From the NCBI GenBank assembly GCA_046726415.1, contig JBKPAK010000118.1:1-30877 (forward strand): DNA of 30,877 bases, written 5' to 3'. The DNA comes from Candidatus Methylomirabilota bacterium. Lineage in GTDB: Bacteria; Methylomirabilota; Methylomirabilia; Rokubacteriales; CSP1-6. The number at the start of each line of letters is the position of its first letter. Within the stretch, counting starts at the first letter, position 1. This document shows positions 1-9,741 of the stretch, one piece after another. A program made the position numbers and the translations under genes. The notes under the pieces are model-generated. The model did not search any database. It worked only from the letters and a program-made list of their open reading frames with translations, and had not been told where the DNA came from.

Positions 1-280
1 CGAGGGGGCCAACGTGCCGGCCATGGTGGTCAACACGCTCGAGACGTTGCTCCGCGATCCGCAGCTCGAGGCGACGGGCTTCTGGAGGATCGTCGAGCAC
101 CCTACCGAGGGAACGCTCCGCACCCCGGATATTCCCACGAACTTCAGCGAAACTCCCGGTGAGATCCGGCGGCTCCCCCCGCGGCTCGGTGAGCACAGCA
201 TCGACGTGCTCCGCGAGACCGGCTTCAGCCAGCCGGAGATCGATGCCATGCTGGCCTCGGGCGCGACGCGCACGCCCTGA
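1..280 (+). CDS. Family III CoA-transferase (CaiB/BaiF), C-terminal part, truncated by the window start
   Basis: The frame is open from position 2. It has the typical CaiB C-terminus: 'LLRDPQLEATGFWRIVEHPTEG...FSETPGEIRRLPPRLGEHSIDVLRETGFSQPEIDAM'. It is paralogous to the tail of 9742..10971. Confidence 0.85.
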   Translation, partial: EGANVPAMVVNTLETLLRDPQLEATGFWRIVEHPTEGTLRTPDIPTNFSETPGEIRRLPPRLGEHSIDVLRETGFSQPEIDAMLASGATRTP

Positions 281-345
281 CCACCGGCATCGCGCGCCCC
301 GGCCGGCGGTGATAGCGCCTCGCGCGCCGATGACGGAATCGCGAG

Positions 346-2058
346 ATGAGAACGCCTGAGCCCTCGCCGCTGGCCGAGTGGGCGATGGCGGCGCTGGCGG
401 CAGCGGTGGGGGTCGTCGCCGGGCTGGGCGCCGTAGTCTTCCGCGCCATGATCAGCGGCTTCCACAACCTGCTGTTCCTCGGGATGTTCTCCATCACCTA
501 CGATGCGAACCTTCATACGCCGTCCAGCCCCTGGGGATTTTTGGTGATCCTGGTGCCGGTGGTGGGCGCCGTCGGCGTGGCCTTCGTGGTGGGGACGTTT
601 GCCCCGGAGGCGAAGGGCCACGGCGTCCCCGAGGTGATGGATTCCATTTACTATCGCGACGGCCGCATTCGGCCCGTGGTGGTGGTGATCAAGTCGATCG
701 CCTCGGCGCTGTCGATCGGGAGCGGGGGCTCCGTGGGCCGGGAGGGCCCGATCGTGCAGATCGGAGCGGCGTTCGGCTCGACACTCGGACAGATCGTGCG
801 CATGCCGACCCGGCAGCGCATCGTCCTGGTGGCGACCGGCGCGGGTGGCGGTATTGCCGCCACCTTCAACTCGCCCTTGGGCGGTCTGGCCTTCGCCATT
901 GAGCTGATGCTGCCGGCCATCAGCGCGCGCTCCCTCTTTCCCGTCGCGCTCGGCACCGCCGTGGCGACGCATATCGGGCATCTCTTCTTCGGAAGGGCTC
1001 CGTCTTTCGACGTGCGCGGTCTCGCCGACTTCCGAGCCATCGATCTCCCATTCGCCATCTGGCCGTGGTTCGTCGTCTGCGGCCTCGCCGTCGGCCTGCT
1101 GGGCACGCTCATGACGCGGGCCATCTACTGGTTCGAAGACCACTTCGATGCCATGCCCGGCAACTACTACACGCGGCACACCCTGGGAATGCTCGCCGTC
1201 GGTCTGATCATCTACGGCTTCATGGCGCTGGCTCGACCGCTCTTCGGCCAGCCCAGCCACTATTACGTCGAAGGCGTGGGCTATGCGACGATCCTCGACA
1301 TCCTGCGCGGCGACCTCTCGGCGCCGGGCTTCCTGCTCGTCCTGGTCGGCGCTAAACTGCTGGTGACGTGTCTGACCCTCGGTTCCGGCGCCTCGGGGGG
1401 AATCTTTTCGCCGAGCCTCTACCTGGGGGCAGCTCTCGGCGCAGCGGTGGGGGCCATTCTGAATCGCCTTGTTCCCGGGCTCGGGATCAGTCCCGTTGAC
1501 TTCGCGCTGGCCGGCATGGCCGGCATGGTGGCCGGCGCCACTGGCGCCGTCCTGACGGCCACCATCATGCTGTTCGAGATGACGTGGAACTACGGCGTCA
1601 TCCTGCCGGTCATCCTCACCGCCACGGTGGCCTATGCGCTGTGCCAGCACCTCTCGCCGGCCAGCATCTACACGCTCAAGCTCCTCCGCCGCGGCGACGC
1701 GGTCCCTCAGGGGCTCCAGGCCTGGATCATCGGTGCGCGGCGGGCCCGGGACGTGATGAGCAAGGAGTTCGCGCTTGCCCCTAGCGTTCCTCCATCCGGG
1801 GCGGCAGGCGCGCTGGTCGTGGTCCGCGACGGGCGCATCAGCGGTGTCTCCCTCGAGGGCGCACCGCCCGTCGCGCACGTCCTGGTGGAGCCCGACGAGC
1901 GCATGGTGGCGATCCTGCGCGCGATGGAAGGCGGCGACGCGCGGGTGGCCCTGGTCGTTCCCGCGCGCGATGGCGCTGGCCCACGCGACGTGATGGGCAT
2001 CATCGGCGACCGCGAGGTGGCCACTCTCGCCCGCTCGATGGCGCGATTGATGGAGTGA
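346..2058 (+). CDS. ClC-family chloride channel/transporter with a degenerate C-terminal CBS-like region
   Basis: Multiple hydrophobic helices and ClC motifs GHGVPE (GSGIP equivalent), GREGP, GGIFSP and SIYT. The C-terminal 'ARDVMSKEF' segment is CBS-like. Confidence 0.92.
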   Translation: MRTPEPSPLAEWAMAALAAAVGVVAGLGAVVFRAMISGFHNLLFLGMFSITYDANLHTPSSPWGFLVILVPVVGAVGVAFVVGTFAPEAKGHGVPEVMDSIYYRDGRIRPVVVVIKSIASALSIGSGGSVGREGPIVQIGAAFGSTLGQIVRMPTRQRIVLVATGAGGGIAATFNSPLGGLAFAIELMLPAISARSLFPVALGTAVATHIGHLFFGRAPSFDVRGLADFRAIDLPFAIWPWFVVCGLAVGLLGTLMTRAIYWFEDHFDAMPGNYYTRHTLGMLAVGLIIYGFMALARPLFGQPSHYYVEGVGYATILDILRGDLSAPGFLLVLVGAKLLVTCLTLGSGASGGIFSPSLYLGAALGAAVGAILNRLVPGLGISPVDFALAGMAGMVAGATGAVLTATIMLFEMTWNYGVILPVILTATVAYALCQHLSPASIYTLKLLRRGDAVPQGLQAWIIGARRARDVMSKEFALAPSVPPSGAAGALVVVRDGRISGVSLEGAPPVAHVLVEPDERMVAILRAMEGGDARVALVVPARDGAGPRDVMGIIGDREVATLARSMARLME

Positions 2059-2113
2059 GCGAGTTGGCGACGTCGCGCGAAGGCGCCGACCAGCCAGCCG
2101 CACTCATGAGCTG

Positions 2114-3208
2114 ATGGACGACGGACAGGCTCTGCGGCACGACCTCGATCGCGGGACGTCCCTTCCCGCCTCGTGGTATACGGACCCGGCGCTCGTCGCA
2201 CGAGAGCGCGATCGCATTTTCCGCCGCGCGTGGCAGTACGTCGGGCGGGGCGACCAGGTGGCCCGGGTGGGCGACTTCTTCACCGCGACAATCGCCGACG
2301 TGCCCCTGGTGGTGGCCCGCGGCGAAAAGGGGCTGCGCGCCTTTGTCAATGTCTGCCGCCACCGGCGCCACGAAGTGGTCAGCGGCGCCGGGAACCGCCG
2401 GACCTTGCAGTGTCCCTATCACGCGTGGACGTATGACCTCGACGGCTCTCTGCGCGCCGCGCCCCGGTCTCAGAATGAGACCGGGTTCGACCCGAAAGAC
2501 TACCCTCTCCTGCCCGCGGGGCTCGACACGTGGGGTCCCTTCATCTTCGTCAATCTCGACGCGGACCGTCGTCCCCTCGCCCAGTACCTCGGCGACCTCC
2601 CATCGATCCTCGCAGGAAGCGGGCTGGATCTGGAGCAGCTGCAGCTCCACGACCGCGAGGAGTGGCACACCGAGGCGAACTGGAAGGTCGTCATCGAGAA
2701 CTTCCTCGAGTGCTACCACTGCCCGATCCAGCATCCCGGCTTCGCCACGGTGGTGGCCGTCGACGAGGACAGCTACCAGCTACAACGCCACGAGTGGTTC
2801 TCCAGCCAGGTGGCGCCCGTCCGGCGCTCGGCCCTCGAGGGTCGGGGCCGCCCGCCGGCCTACGACGTACGCGGCGCCGTCACCCAGGCCCAGTACCACT
2901 ATGTGTGGCCGAACTTGACCCTCAGCATCAATCCCGGCCATCCGAACCTGTCGCTCGACGTGTGGCTGCCGGCCGGCCCCGAGCGCACACGCGGCTTCTC
3001 TGAGCACTGGTTTGGCCCCGATGTGCCAGAGGCCACCAGGCGAGAGATGATCGACTTCAACCATCAGGTAAGCAGGGAAGACGACCGCCTCACCGACTCC
3101 GTCCAGCGCGGCCTGCGCGCCGGGCTGCCCGCCCGGGGGCGCTTCCTGATGCGAAGCGAGCACTTGATCGTCCACTTCCAGAAGCTGATTCTCGACGCTC
3201 TGGCCTGA
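2114..3208 (+). CDS. Rieske non-heme iron oxygenase alpha subunit (choline monooxygenase/CntA-like group)
   Basis: Rieske ligands CRH...CPYH; mononuclear-Fe motif 'NWKVVIENFLECYHCPIQHP'; C-terminal 'EDDRLTDSVQRG'. Confidence 0.92.
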   Translation: MDDGQALRHDLDRGTSLPASWYTDPALVARERDRIFRRAWQYVGRGDQVARVGDFFTATIADVPLVVARGEKGLRAFVNVCRHRRHEVVSGAGNRRTLQCPYHAWTYDLDGSLRAAPRSQNETGFDPKDYPLLPAGLDTWGPFIFVNLDADRRPLAQYLGDLPSILAGSGLDLEQLQLHDREEWHTEANWKVVIENFLECYHCPIQHPGFATVVAVDEDSYQLQRHEWFSSQVAPVRRSALEGRGRPPAYDVRGAVTQAQYHYVWPNLTLSINPGHPNLSLDVWLPAGPERTRGFSEHWFGPDVPEATRREMIDFNHQVSREDDRLTDSVQRGLRAGLPARGRFLMRSEHLIVHFQKLILDALA

Positions 3209-3250
3209 GCGACCACGCGCTTGCCACGGCGAGTGAATTGCCACCGTTCG

Positions 3251-5398
3251 CTACCCGTCGCTGGACCGCTTGACGATCAGCGCATCGACGACGGACAGGC
3301 CTTGGCCGCGCGGGTGGACGATGACGGGGTTGAGGTCGATCTCGGCGACCGCATCGGCGTGGTCAGCGGCGAAGCGAGACACGGCGACGAGCACATCCAC
3401 GAGGGCGTCCACGTCGGCGGGAGGTTCGCCGCGTACCCCCTCCAGGAGCCGGGCGCCCCGCAGCTGAGCAAGCAGGTCGTGCGCATCCTCGCGGGTGAGC
3501 GGGGCGGGGGCGAAGGCCACATCGCGCAGGGCCTCCACGAAGATGCCGCCGAGCCCGACCATCTGCAGGGGACCGAACGTGTCGTCACGCGTGACCCCCA
3601 CGATGACCTCGACGCCCTTCGGAACCATCTGCTGCACCAGCACGCCGCGGACCGCGGCGCCCGGATGGGCCGCTCGGGCGGAGGCCAGTACCTGCCGGTA
3701 TGCCCGGCGCAAGGCCGCCGGGGTGGCGAGGCCGAGCGCGAGCGCGCCCGCTTCGGTCTTGTGCGGGATGTCGGGCGACTGGACCTTGAGGGCGACCGGA
3801 AATCCGATCCTGCCGGCCGCTTCCACCGCCCCGGCCACGTCACTCGCCATTTCCTCGCGGGGTCGCGGAACACCATAGACGGCCAACACTTCCTTCGCCT
3901 CGGACTCGCACAGGAACTGGCCCGCTTGCCCGAGCCGCTGGCGCACCTCGGCGGCGCCGGGAGTGGGGGCAAGGTCATCCTCACTGCGCCGTCGCCATCG
4001 CTGCTGAAACTCCGCGTACTCCGCCAGCGCCCGCAGGGCTTTCACGCAGTTCGCCATGCTCGTGTAGGCCGGAATGCCGGCGCCAGCCAGGAGCATGACC
4101 GCGGCCGGTGAGGCGTTGGTGTAGGCGCAAAAGGCGATGGGCACCGCGCTCTGGCGCGCCACCCGCGAGATGGCGTCGATGTCGCGCCGGAGCGTCGTCT
4201 CGGTGGCCAGCGAGCCCACGACCAAGATCATGTCGACCACCGGCGATCGCTGGAGGATCTCGATGATGCGCGCGTAGCCGACCGCCCGGGCGGCCTGGGC
4301 CGTCAGATCGACCGGGTTCTGTGAAGAAGCATAGGACGGGATGAGCGGATCGATCTCCTTGCGCGTGGCCGCGTCGAGTTCGGGCAGTTCCAGTCCGTGC
4401 GCGGCGCACATGTCCGCCATCCAGGCGGCCCCCCCGCCCGAGGCGCTGAGCAAGGCCACCCGCCGTCCGCGGGGCGGTGGGCAGAAGGCGAAGGCCGCCG
4501 CCGTGTCCACCATCTCGTCGATGTCCTCGCCGCGGATGATGCCGTAGCGGCGGAACATGGCCTCGTATGCGCTATCCGAACCGGCCAGTGCGCCGGTATG
4601 CGACGCGGCCGCTCGCCGTCCGGCCTCCGAGCGGCCAACCTTGCCGACGATGATGGGCTTGCCGAGCCGCGCGGCCTTGGCGCCCACGGCGTGGAGCGTG
4701 GCCGCGCTTCGCACCGCCTCCATGTACACGAGGAAGATGTCGGCGCGTCCCTCGTCGAGCATCCAGTCGACGTAGTCGAGACCCTCGAGAGTCGCCTCGT
4801 TGCCGGAGCTGATCAGGTAGGTGAAACGAAGCTGTCGAGGCGCCCCGCGGTTCAGGTACGAAAAGCTGAGAGCCCCACTCTGGGCGATGACGCTGATGGC
4901 CCGGCCGCCGGCCACTTCGGGAATGAGGCGATATTCCTGATTCTCCAGGGAGGGGCTGAAGGTGGCGGCCAGGGGGCTCAGAGCATTGACCACGCCCTCG
5001 CAGTTGGGACCGCAGATGGCCATGTCGTAGCGCTGCGCGATCCGCTTCATCTCTTCCTGGCGAACGCGGGCCTCCTCTCCCTTCTCCTCTCCGAACCCCG
5101 ACGAGATGACCACCGCCGCCTTGATCCCCCGCTCGCCACACTCGGCCAAGACCTGCGCCACCGACGCCGCGGGAATGGCGATCACCGCGAGATCGACCGG
5201 CTCCGGCAGATCGGCGATGGAGCGATACGCCTTCAGACCCTGCACCTCCTCGCGGCTCGGCGTGACGGGGAAGACCTTGCCCGAGTAGCCGCGCAGCAGC
5301 AGGATGTGCAGCAGGCGTCCGCGGATAATGTCCTTGTCATCGGAGGCGCCCACGATGGCGAGGGCGCGCGGCCAGAGCAGCGGGGTGAGATCGGGCAT
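3251..5398 (-). CDS. Acetate--CoA ligase family (ADP-forming acyl-CoA synthetase, fused alpha/beta)
   Basis: CoA-binding N-terminus 'AIVGASDD', 'GPNCEG', phospho-His motif 'ASHTGALAG', ATP-grasp 'GFPVALKVQSPDIPHKTEAG' and 'EIDLNPV'. SD GAGGAG upstream. Confidence 0.93.
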   Translation of the reverse strand: MPDLTPLLWPRALAIVGASDDKDIIRGRLLHILLLRGYSGKVFPVTPSREEVQGLKAYRSIADLPEPVDLAVIAIPAASVAQVLAECGERGIKAAVVISSGFGEEKGEEARVRQEEMKRIAQRYDMAICGPNCEGVVNALSPLAATFSPSLENQEYRLIPEVAGGRAISVIAQSGALSFSYLNRGAPRQLRFTYLISSGNEATLEGLDYVDWMLDEGRADIFLVYMEAVRSAATLHAVGAKAARLGKPIIVGKVGRSEAGRRAAASHTGALAGSDSAYEAMFRRYGIIRGEDIDEMVDTAAAFAFCPPPRGRRVALLSASGGGAAWMADMCAAHGLELPELDAATRKEIDPLIPSYASSQNPVDLTAQAARAVGYARIIEILQRSPVVDMILVVGSLATETTLRRDIDAISRVARQSAVPIAFCAYTNASPAAVMLLAGAGIPAYTSMANCVKALRALAEYAEFQQRWRRRSEDDLAPTPGAAEVRQRLGQAGQFLCESEAKEVLAVYGVPRPREEMASDVAGAVEAAGRIGFPVALKVQSPDIPHKTEAGALALGLATPAALRRAYRQVLASARAAHPGAAVRGVLVQQMVPKGVEVIVGVTRDDTFGPLQMVGLGGIFVEALRDVAFAPAPLTREDAHDLLAQLRGARLLEGVRGEPPADVDALVDVLVAVSRFAADHADAVAEIDLNPVIVHPRGQGLSVVDALIVKRSSDG

Positions 5399-5419
5399 GG
5401 GATCTCCTCGTGGATCGTG

Positions 5420-6328
5420 CTAGCGGAACGCGGCGATGAGCTCCTGGAAAGCGACCATCTGACCCCCACGCGTCGATGAGGGCACCAATATCAACGAGGT
5501 GATGCCGGTGGCGTACCAGGCCTCGACGCCCTCGCGCACGTCGGCGACGCTGCCGAAGAGGGTCACCTCGGAGAGCCAGCGATCGGACATCAAGCTGGGA
5601 ATGCGCTCGTCCTGCCCGTCGGCGACGGCGCAGCGAATGGCTTCCATCTCGTCGGCGAAGCCCGCCTCGATCCAGTAGTTCTGGTAATTGCGCAGCTTCA
5701 CGTAGTGCGTCAAGGTTCGCCGGTTCACCGCGGCGGCGGCGGCCCGGTCCGCATCGATGCACGTCGGCACCATGTTGCCGATGAAGAAGGCCGGATCCGA
5801 TCGCCGCGCCGATGGTAAATGGCTGAGCGAGTCGATCATGTGGCGGCGCGCGCCATTGGCCCATACCGCGCCCTGGGCGAGCTCCCCCGCCAGTTCCACC
5901 ATGCGGCGGCGCAGGGTGGCGAGAACGATCGGCGGAAGCGCGCCGGCGTTCCGGGCGCCGGCTTCCAGGTCGGTCACGAAGCGCCGGATATCCTCCAGCG
6001 GCTTGCCCGCCCGAATGCCCAACCGGGCGTGCGTGGGTCCGTGGCTCACCCCGATGCCGAAGCGGAAACGGCCACCAGCGAGCTCGTGGATGAGCGCCGC
6101 CGTCTGCGCGAAGTCGAACGGATGGCGCGCGTAGATGTTGGCGATGCTGGTTCCGAAGGGAATATCGCGGGTCATCAGGGCCAGCGCCTGGCAGAGGCCG
6201 AGGCCATCGCCGAGGCTCGGACAGTAGATCCCCGTGAAACCCTCGCGCTCGATCTGCTGCGCCAATTCGAGCGTGGCGCGTCGGCGTCCGGGCACCGCGG
6301 CCAGGCTGACGGCCGGCTTTCTCGTCAT
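5420..6328 (-). CDS. LLM-class (luciferase-like) flavin-dependent oxidoreductase
   Basis: 'GTSIANIYARHP...AALIHELAGGRFRFGIGVSH' and 'LAGELAQG'. Start moved to ATG 6328 because GGAGG lies just upstream. Confidence 0.85.
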   Translation of the reverse strand: MTRKPAVSLAAVPGRRRATLELAQQIEREGFTGIYCPSLGDGLGLCQALALMTRDIPFGTSIANIYARHPFDFAQTAALIHELAGGRFRFGIGVSHGPTHARLGIRAGKPLEDIRRFVTDLEAGARNAGALPPIVLATLRRRMVELAGELAQGAVWANGARRHMIDSLSHLPSARRSDPAFFIGNMVPTCIDADRAAAAAVNRRTLTHYVKLRNYQNYWIEAGFADEMEAIRCAVADGQDERIPSLMSDRWLSEVTLFGSVADVREGVEAWYATGITSLILVPSSTRGGQMVAFQELIAAFR

Positions 6329-6350
6329 CGCCACCTCCGTGTGAATGGCA

Positions 6351-6373
6351 TATCATGACGGCATCCCCGGAGG
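6351..6373 (+). promoter_or_regulatory. Putative -10 box (TATCAT) and SD (GGAGG) for the acyl-CoA dehydrogenase operon
   Basis: TATCAT at 6351-6356 and GGAGG at 6369-6373, inside a 52-bp divergent intergenic region. Confidence 0.45.
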
Positions 6374-6380
6374 ATACGCG

Positions 6381-7508
6381 ATGAACTTCGATTTTTCCGA
6401 AGAGCAGCTCGTCCTGCGCGATCAGGCGCGCAAGTTCCTGAGCGAGCACGCCGCGCCGTCACGCGTGCGCCGTATCCTCGAATCCGATTCGCCGTACGAC
6501 AAGGACCTGTGGGACGGTCTGGCAGAAATGGCCTGGCCGGGAACCGCCATTCCGGAAACCTACGGCGGCGCCGGGTACGGCTACCTGGAGCTGTGCGTGA
6601 TCGCGGAGGAGCTGGGACGGAGTCTCGCGCCCACCCCGTTCTCCTCGTCCGTGTACCTGGCCACCGAGGCGATTCTTCTTGCCGGCACTGAGGATCAGAA
6701 AGAGCGGTGGCTCCCGAGACTGGCCGCGGGCCAGGCCATTGGATGCCTGGCCCTCAGCGAGGATGCACGCGCTCCTCGCCCCCAATCGATCGACACGCGA
6801 GTGGCCGACGGGCGGATCAGCGGCGTCAAGTTCCCGGTGGCCGACGGCGACGTGGCCGATCTCGCCGTGGTCCTCGCGCGGACCGCCGATCGCGCGCGAG
6901 ACGATGCCGCCTCGCTCGTCCTCGTCGATCTGCACGCCCCGGGGGCGACTCGCTCGCCCGTGGCGACCATCGATCCCACCCGTTCGCACGCCCGGATCGC
7001 CTTCGAGGGCGTCGCCGCCGAGCCGCTCGGCGCGGCCGGGGCAGGGTGGTCGCTGGTGGAGCGCCTGCTCGATCGCGCCGCCGTCCTCGTCGCTTTCGAA
7101 CAGGTGGGCGGGGCGCAGGCGGCGCTCGACATGGCCCGCGAGTACGCGCTGGGCCGCTTCGCGTTCGGCCGGCCCATCGCGTCGTTCCAGGCCATCAAGC
7201 ACAAGCTGGTGGACGTCTACGTGGCCCTCGAGCTGGCCCGCGCCAACGCCTATTACGGCGCGTGGGCGCTCTCCACCGACGCTCCCGAGCTGCCGGTGGC
7301 GGCGGCCACCGCCCGCATCAGTGCCAGCGACGCGTTCTTCCTCGCGGCCAAGGAGAACATCCAGACCCACGGGGGGATGGGCTTCACCTGGGAGTTCGAT
7401 TGCCACATGTACTACCGCCGAGCCAAGCTCCTGGCGCTCGTCCTCGGCAGCACGCGGAGCTGGAAGGACCGGCTCGTCGCGCGCCTCGAGGCGCGTGGGG
7501 CCGCCTGA
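6381..7508 (+). CDS. Acyl-CoA dehydrogenase family protein (PimD/FadE27-like small partner subunit)
   Basis: 'MNFDFSEEQLVLRDQARKFL', 'RFAFGRPIASFQAIKHKL', 'IQTHGGMGFTWEFDCHMYYRRA'. Start at ATG 6381 after GGAGG. Confidence 0.92.
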   Translation: MNFDFSEEQLVLRDQARKFLSEHAAPSRVRRILESDSPYDKDLWDGLAEMAWPGTAIPETYGGAGYGYLELCVIAEELGRSLAPTPFSSSVYLATEAILLAGTEDQKERWLPRLAAGQAIGCLALSEDARAPRPQSIDTRVADGRISGVKFPVADGDVADLAVVLARTADRARDDAASLVLVDLHAPGATRSPVATIDPTRSHARIAFEGVAAEPLGAAGAGWSLVERLLDRAAVLVAFEQVGGAQAALDMAREYALGRFAFGRPIASFQAIKHKLVDVYVALELARANAYYGAWALSTDAPELPVAAATARISASDAFFLAAKENIQTHGGMGFTWEFDCHMYYRRAKLLALVLGSTRSWKDRLVARLEARGAA

Positions 7509-7521
7509 GACGGAGGCCGTC

Positions 7522-8754
7522 TTGGATTTTCACGACACCCCCCCGGAAGCTCAATTCCGCGCCGAGTGCCACCGTTTCCTGGCGGCCAGCGTCGAGCGCA
7601 AGACCGGCTCCTTCGAGACGTGGCCGGCGCGCTGGGGCGAGGGGGAGAGTCTGCGCCGTGCCAAGGAGTTCCAGCGGAAGAAGGCCGAGGCGGGACTCGC
7701 GGCCATCACGTGGCCGAAGGCGTACGGCGGACGCGGCGAATCCCCCATCATGCAGGTGATCTACAACCAGGAGGAGGCGAGCTACTTCGTCCCCCGCGGG
7801 TATTTCGAGATCGGTCTCGGCATGTGCATCCCCACCCTGATGGCCTACGCCACCGAGGAGCAGAAGCACCGATACGTGGCGAAGGCCATCGCCGGCGAGG
7901 AGATCTGGTGTCAGCTTTTCTCGGAGCCCGCCGCCGGCTCGGACCTGGCGGGGCTGCGCACCCGCTCGGTGCGCGACGGTGACCGCTGGGTCATCAACGG
8001 CCAGAAGATCTGGACGTCGGGGGCGCACTTCGCCGACTACGGGATCCTCGTCACCCGCAGCGATCCCAAGGCGCCCAAGCACAAGGGACTGACCTTCTTC
8101 TTCCTCGACATGAAATCGCCGGGCATCGAGGTCCGCCGCATCAAACAGATCTCGGGCGCCTCGAACTTCAACGAGGTCTACTTCACCGACGTGCACGTGC
8201 TCGATACCCAGCGCCTCGGCGCGGTGGGCCAGGGCTGGGGCGTGGCCATCACGACCCTCATGAACGAGCGGCTGGCCGTGGGCGACGTGCGGGGGCCGGA
8301 CTTCGATGAGATCTTTCACTTGGCGCGCACGCTCGACCTGGAGGACGGGCCGGCGATCCGAAACGCCGCTGTGCGCGAGCGGCTCGCCGACTGGTACGTC
8401 CGCCAGCAGGGACTGCGCTGGACCAAATTCCGGACCATGACCGCGCTGTCCCGCGGCCAGACCCCGGGGCCGGAGGCCTCCATCGGCAAGCTCGTGAGCG
8501 CCACCAAGCTGCAGGAGATCGCCTCGTTCGGCGTCGACCTCATGGACATGGGGGGCGCGCTCATGGATCCGGCCCTGGCCCCCGCGCGAGCCGCTTTCCA
8601 AGAGGCGCTCCTGTACGCGCCCGGAGCCCGCATCGCGGGCGGCACCGACGAGATTCTCAAGAACATCCTCGCCGAGCGCGTGCTCGGTCTACCCGCCGAC
8701 ATTCGCGTGGACAAGGACGCATCCTTCGACGATCTGCCCACGGGACCACGGTGA
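7522..8754 (+). CDS. Acyl-CoA dehydrogenase family protein (PimC/FadE26-like catalytic subunit)
   Basis: 'WCQLFSEPAAGSDLAGL', 'NGQKIWTSGA', 'FNEVYF', 'LMNER', 'IAGGTDEILKNILAERVLGLP'. True start is TTG 7522 (MDFHDTP) after GGAGG at 7512-7516, not 6679. Confidence 0.92.
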   Translation: MDFHDTPPEAQFRAECHRFLAASVERKTGSFETWPARWGEGESLRRAKEFQRKKAEAGLAAITWPKAYGGRGESPIMQVIYNQEEASYFVPRGYFEIGLGMCIPTLMAYATEEQKHRYVAKAIAGEEIWCQLFSEPAAGSDLAGLRTRSVRDGDRWVINGQKIWTSGAHFADYGILVTRSDPKAPKHKGLTFFFLDMKSPGIEVRRIKQISGASNFNEVYFTDVHVLDTQRLGAVGQGWGVAITTLMNERLAVGDVRGPDFDEIFHLARTLDLEDGPAIRNAAVRERLADWYVRQQGLRWTKFRTMTALSRGQTPGPEASIGKLVSATKLQEIASFGVDLMDMGGALMDPALAPARAAFQEALLYAPGARIAGGTDEILKNILAERVLGLPADIRVDKDASFDDLPTGPR

Positions 8755-8765
8755 GAGGAGAAGCA

Positions 8766-9707
8766 ATGCGCTACGGATTCTATCTACCCACTCGGGGAGC
8801 GGCGGCCACGCCGGAGGCCCTGGAGGCCCTCCTCCAGCGCGGCGAGGCGCTCGGCTTCCACTCGGTGATGATCGCCGACCACGTCGTGTTCCCCACCACC
8901 ATCAAGTCGAAGTATCCCTACACCGTGAGCGGCGTGTTCCCCGGCCATGGCGACGCCCTCGAGCAGCTCGCCCTGGTGACGTTCGCCGCCGCCAAGACGC
9001 GCCGCCTGCGCCTGGTGACCAGCGTGATGATCGTCCCCTACCGCAACCCGGTGGTTACCGCGAAAGCCCTGGCCACCATCGATGTGCTCTCGCACGGTCG
9101 CCTCACCGTGGGGGTGGGGGTGGGGTGGCTGCGCGAGGAGTTCGAGGCCCTCGAATCGCCTGACTTCGAGCGCCGGGGCGCGGCCAGCGATGAGTACCTG
9201 CGCATCTACAAGACGCTCTGGACGAAGTCGCCCGCCTCCTTCGCCGGCGAGTTCTACCGTTTCGATGAGCTGCGCTGTGAGCCGCTGCCCGTGCAGAAAC
9301 CTCACCCACCGATCTGGGTCGGCGGCCACAGCCCGGCGGCGATTCGCCGAGTGGCGCGCCTCGGCGACGGCTGGCATCCGGTCGGCGCCAACGCCGCCGT
9401 GCCGCTGCGCCCGGCCGAGTTGAAAGCCTCGCTGAAAGAACTGTTCCGGCTCACCGAGGCGGCCGGGCGGGATCCCAAGTCCCTGACCATCTCGTTCAAG
9501 GCGCCGGTGTACGACACGACGCTCACCGCGGCGGGAGGCGAGCGTCGGCCCTTCTCGGGAACGACCGAGCAGATTGCCGAGGACATCGCGACGTACGCGC
9601 GGCTCGGGGTCAGCGAGCTGATCTTCGACTTCCGCAGCGAGAAGTCCGCCGAGAGCCTCGAGCGCATGGAGCGCTTCACGGCGACGGTCATGGCCGCCGC
9701 CCGGTGA
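8766..9707 (+). CDS. LLM-class, probably F420-dependent oxidoreductase (Rv2161c-like)
   Basis: 'GFHSVMIADHVVFP...YPY', 'RNPVVTAKALATIDVLSHGRLTVGVGVGWLREEF', 'PVQKPHPPIWVGG'. ATG 8766 follows GAGGAG. Confidence 0.9.
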   Translation: MRYGFYLPTRGAAATPEALEALLQRGEALGFHSVMIADHVVFPTTIKSKYPYTVSGVFPGHGDALEQLALVTFAAAKTRRLRLVTSVMIVPYRNPVVTAKALATIDVLSHGRLTVGVGVGWLREEFEALESPDFERRGAASDEYLRIYKTLWTKSPASFAGEFYRFDELRCEPLPVQKPHPPIWVGGHSPAAIRRVARLGDGWHPVGANAAVPLRPAELKASLKELFRLTEAAGRDPKSLTISFKAPVYDTTLTAAGGERRPFSGTTEQIAEDIATYARLGVSELIFDFRSEKSAESLERMERFTATVMAAAR

Positions 9708-9713
9708 GCCGCA

Positions 9714-9728
9714 TGGAGGGGGTGTCTC
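9714..9728 (+). repeat. Half-copy of the intergenic GC hairpin at 18081-18111
   Basis: TGGAGGGGGTGTCTC matches TGGAGGGGGCGTCTC (minus strand of the 18081-18111 hairpin) at 14/15 positions. Confidence 0.4.
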
Positions 9729-9741
9729 CGAGGACTCCGCG

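Noticed and set aside
6679-7521. N-terminal extension making a 691-aa ACAD
   Set aside because: It overlaps the upstream ACAD in another frame and is low-complexity. SD plus TTG at 7522 gives a normal ACAD start.
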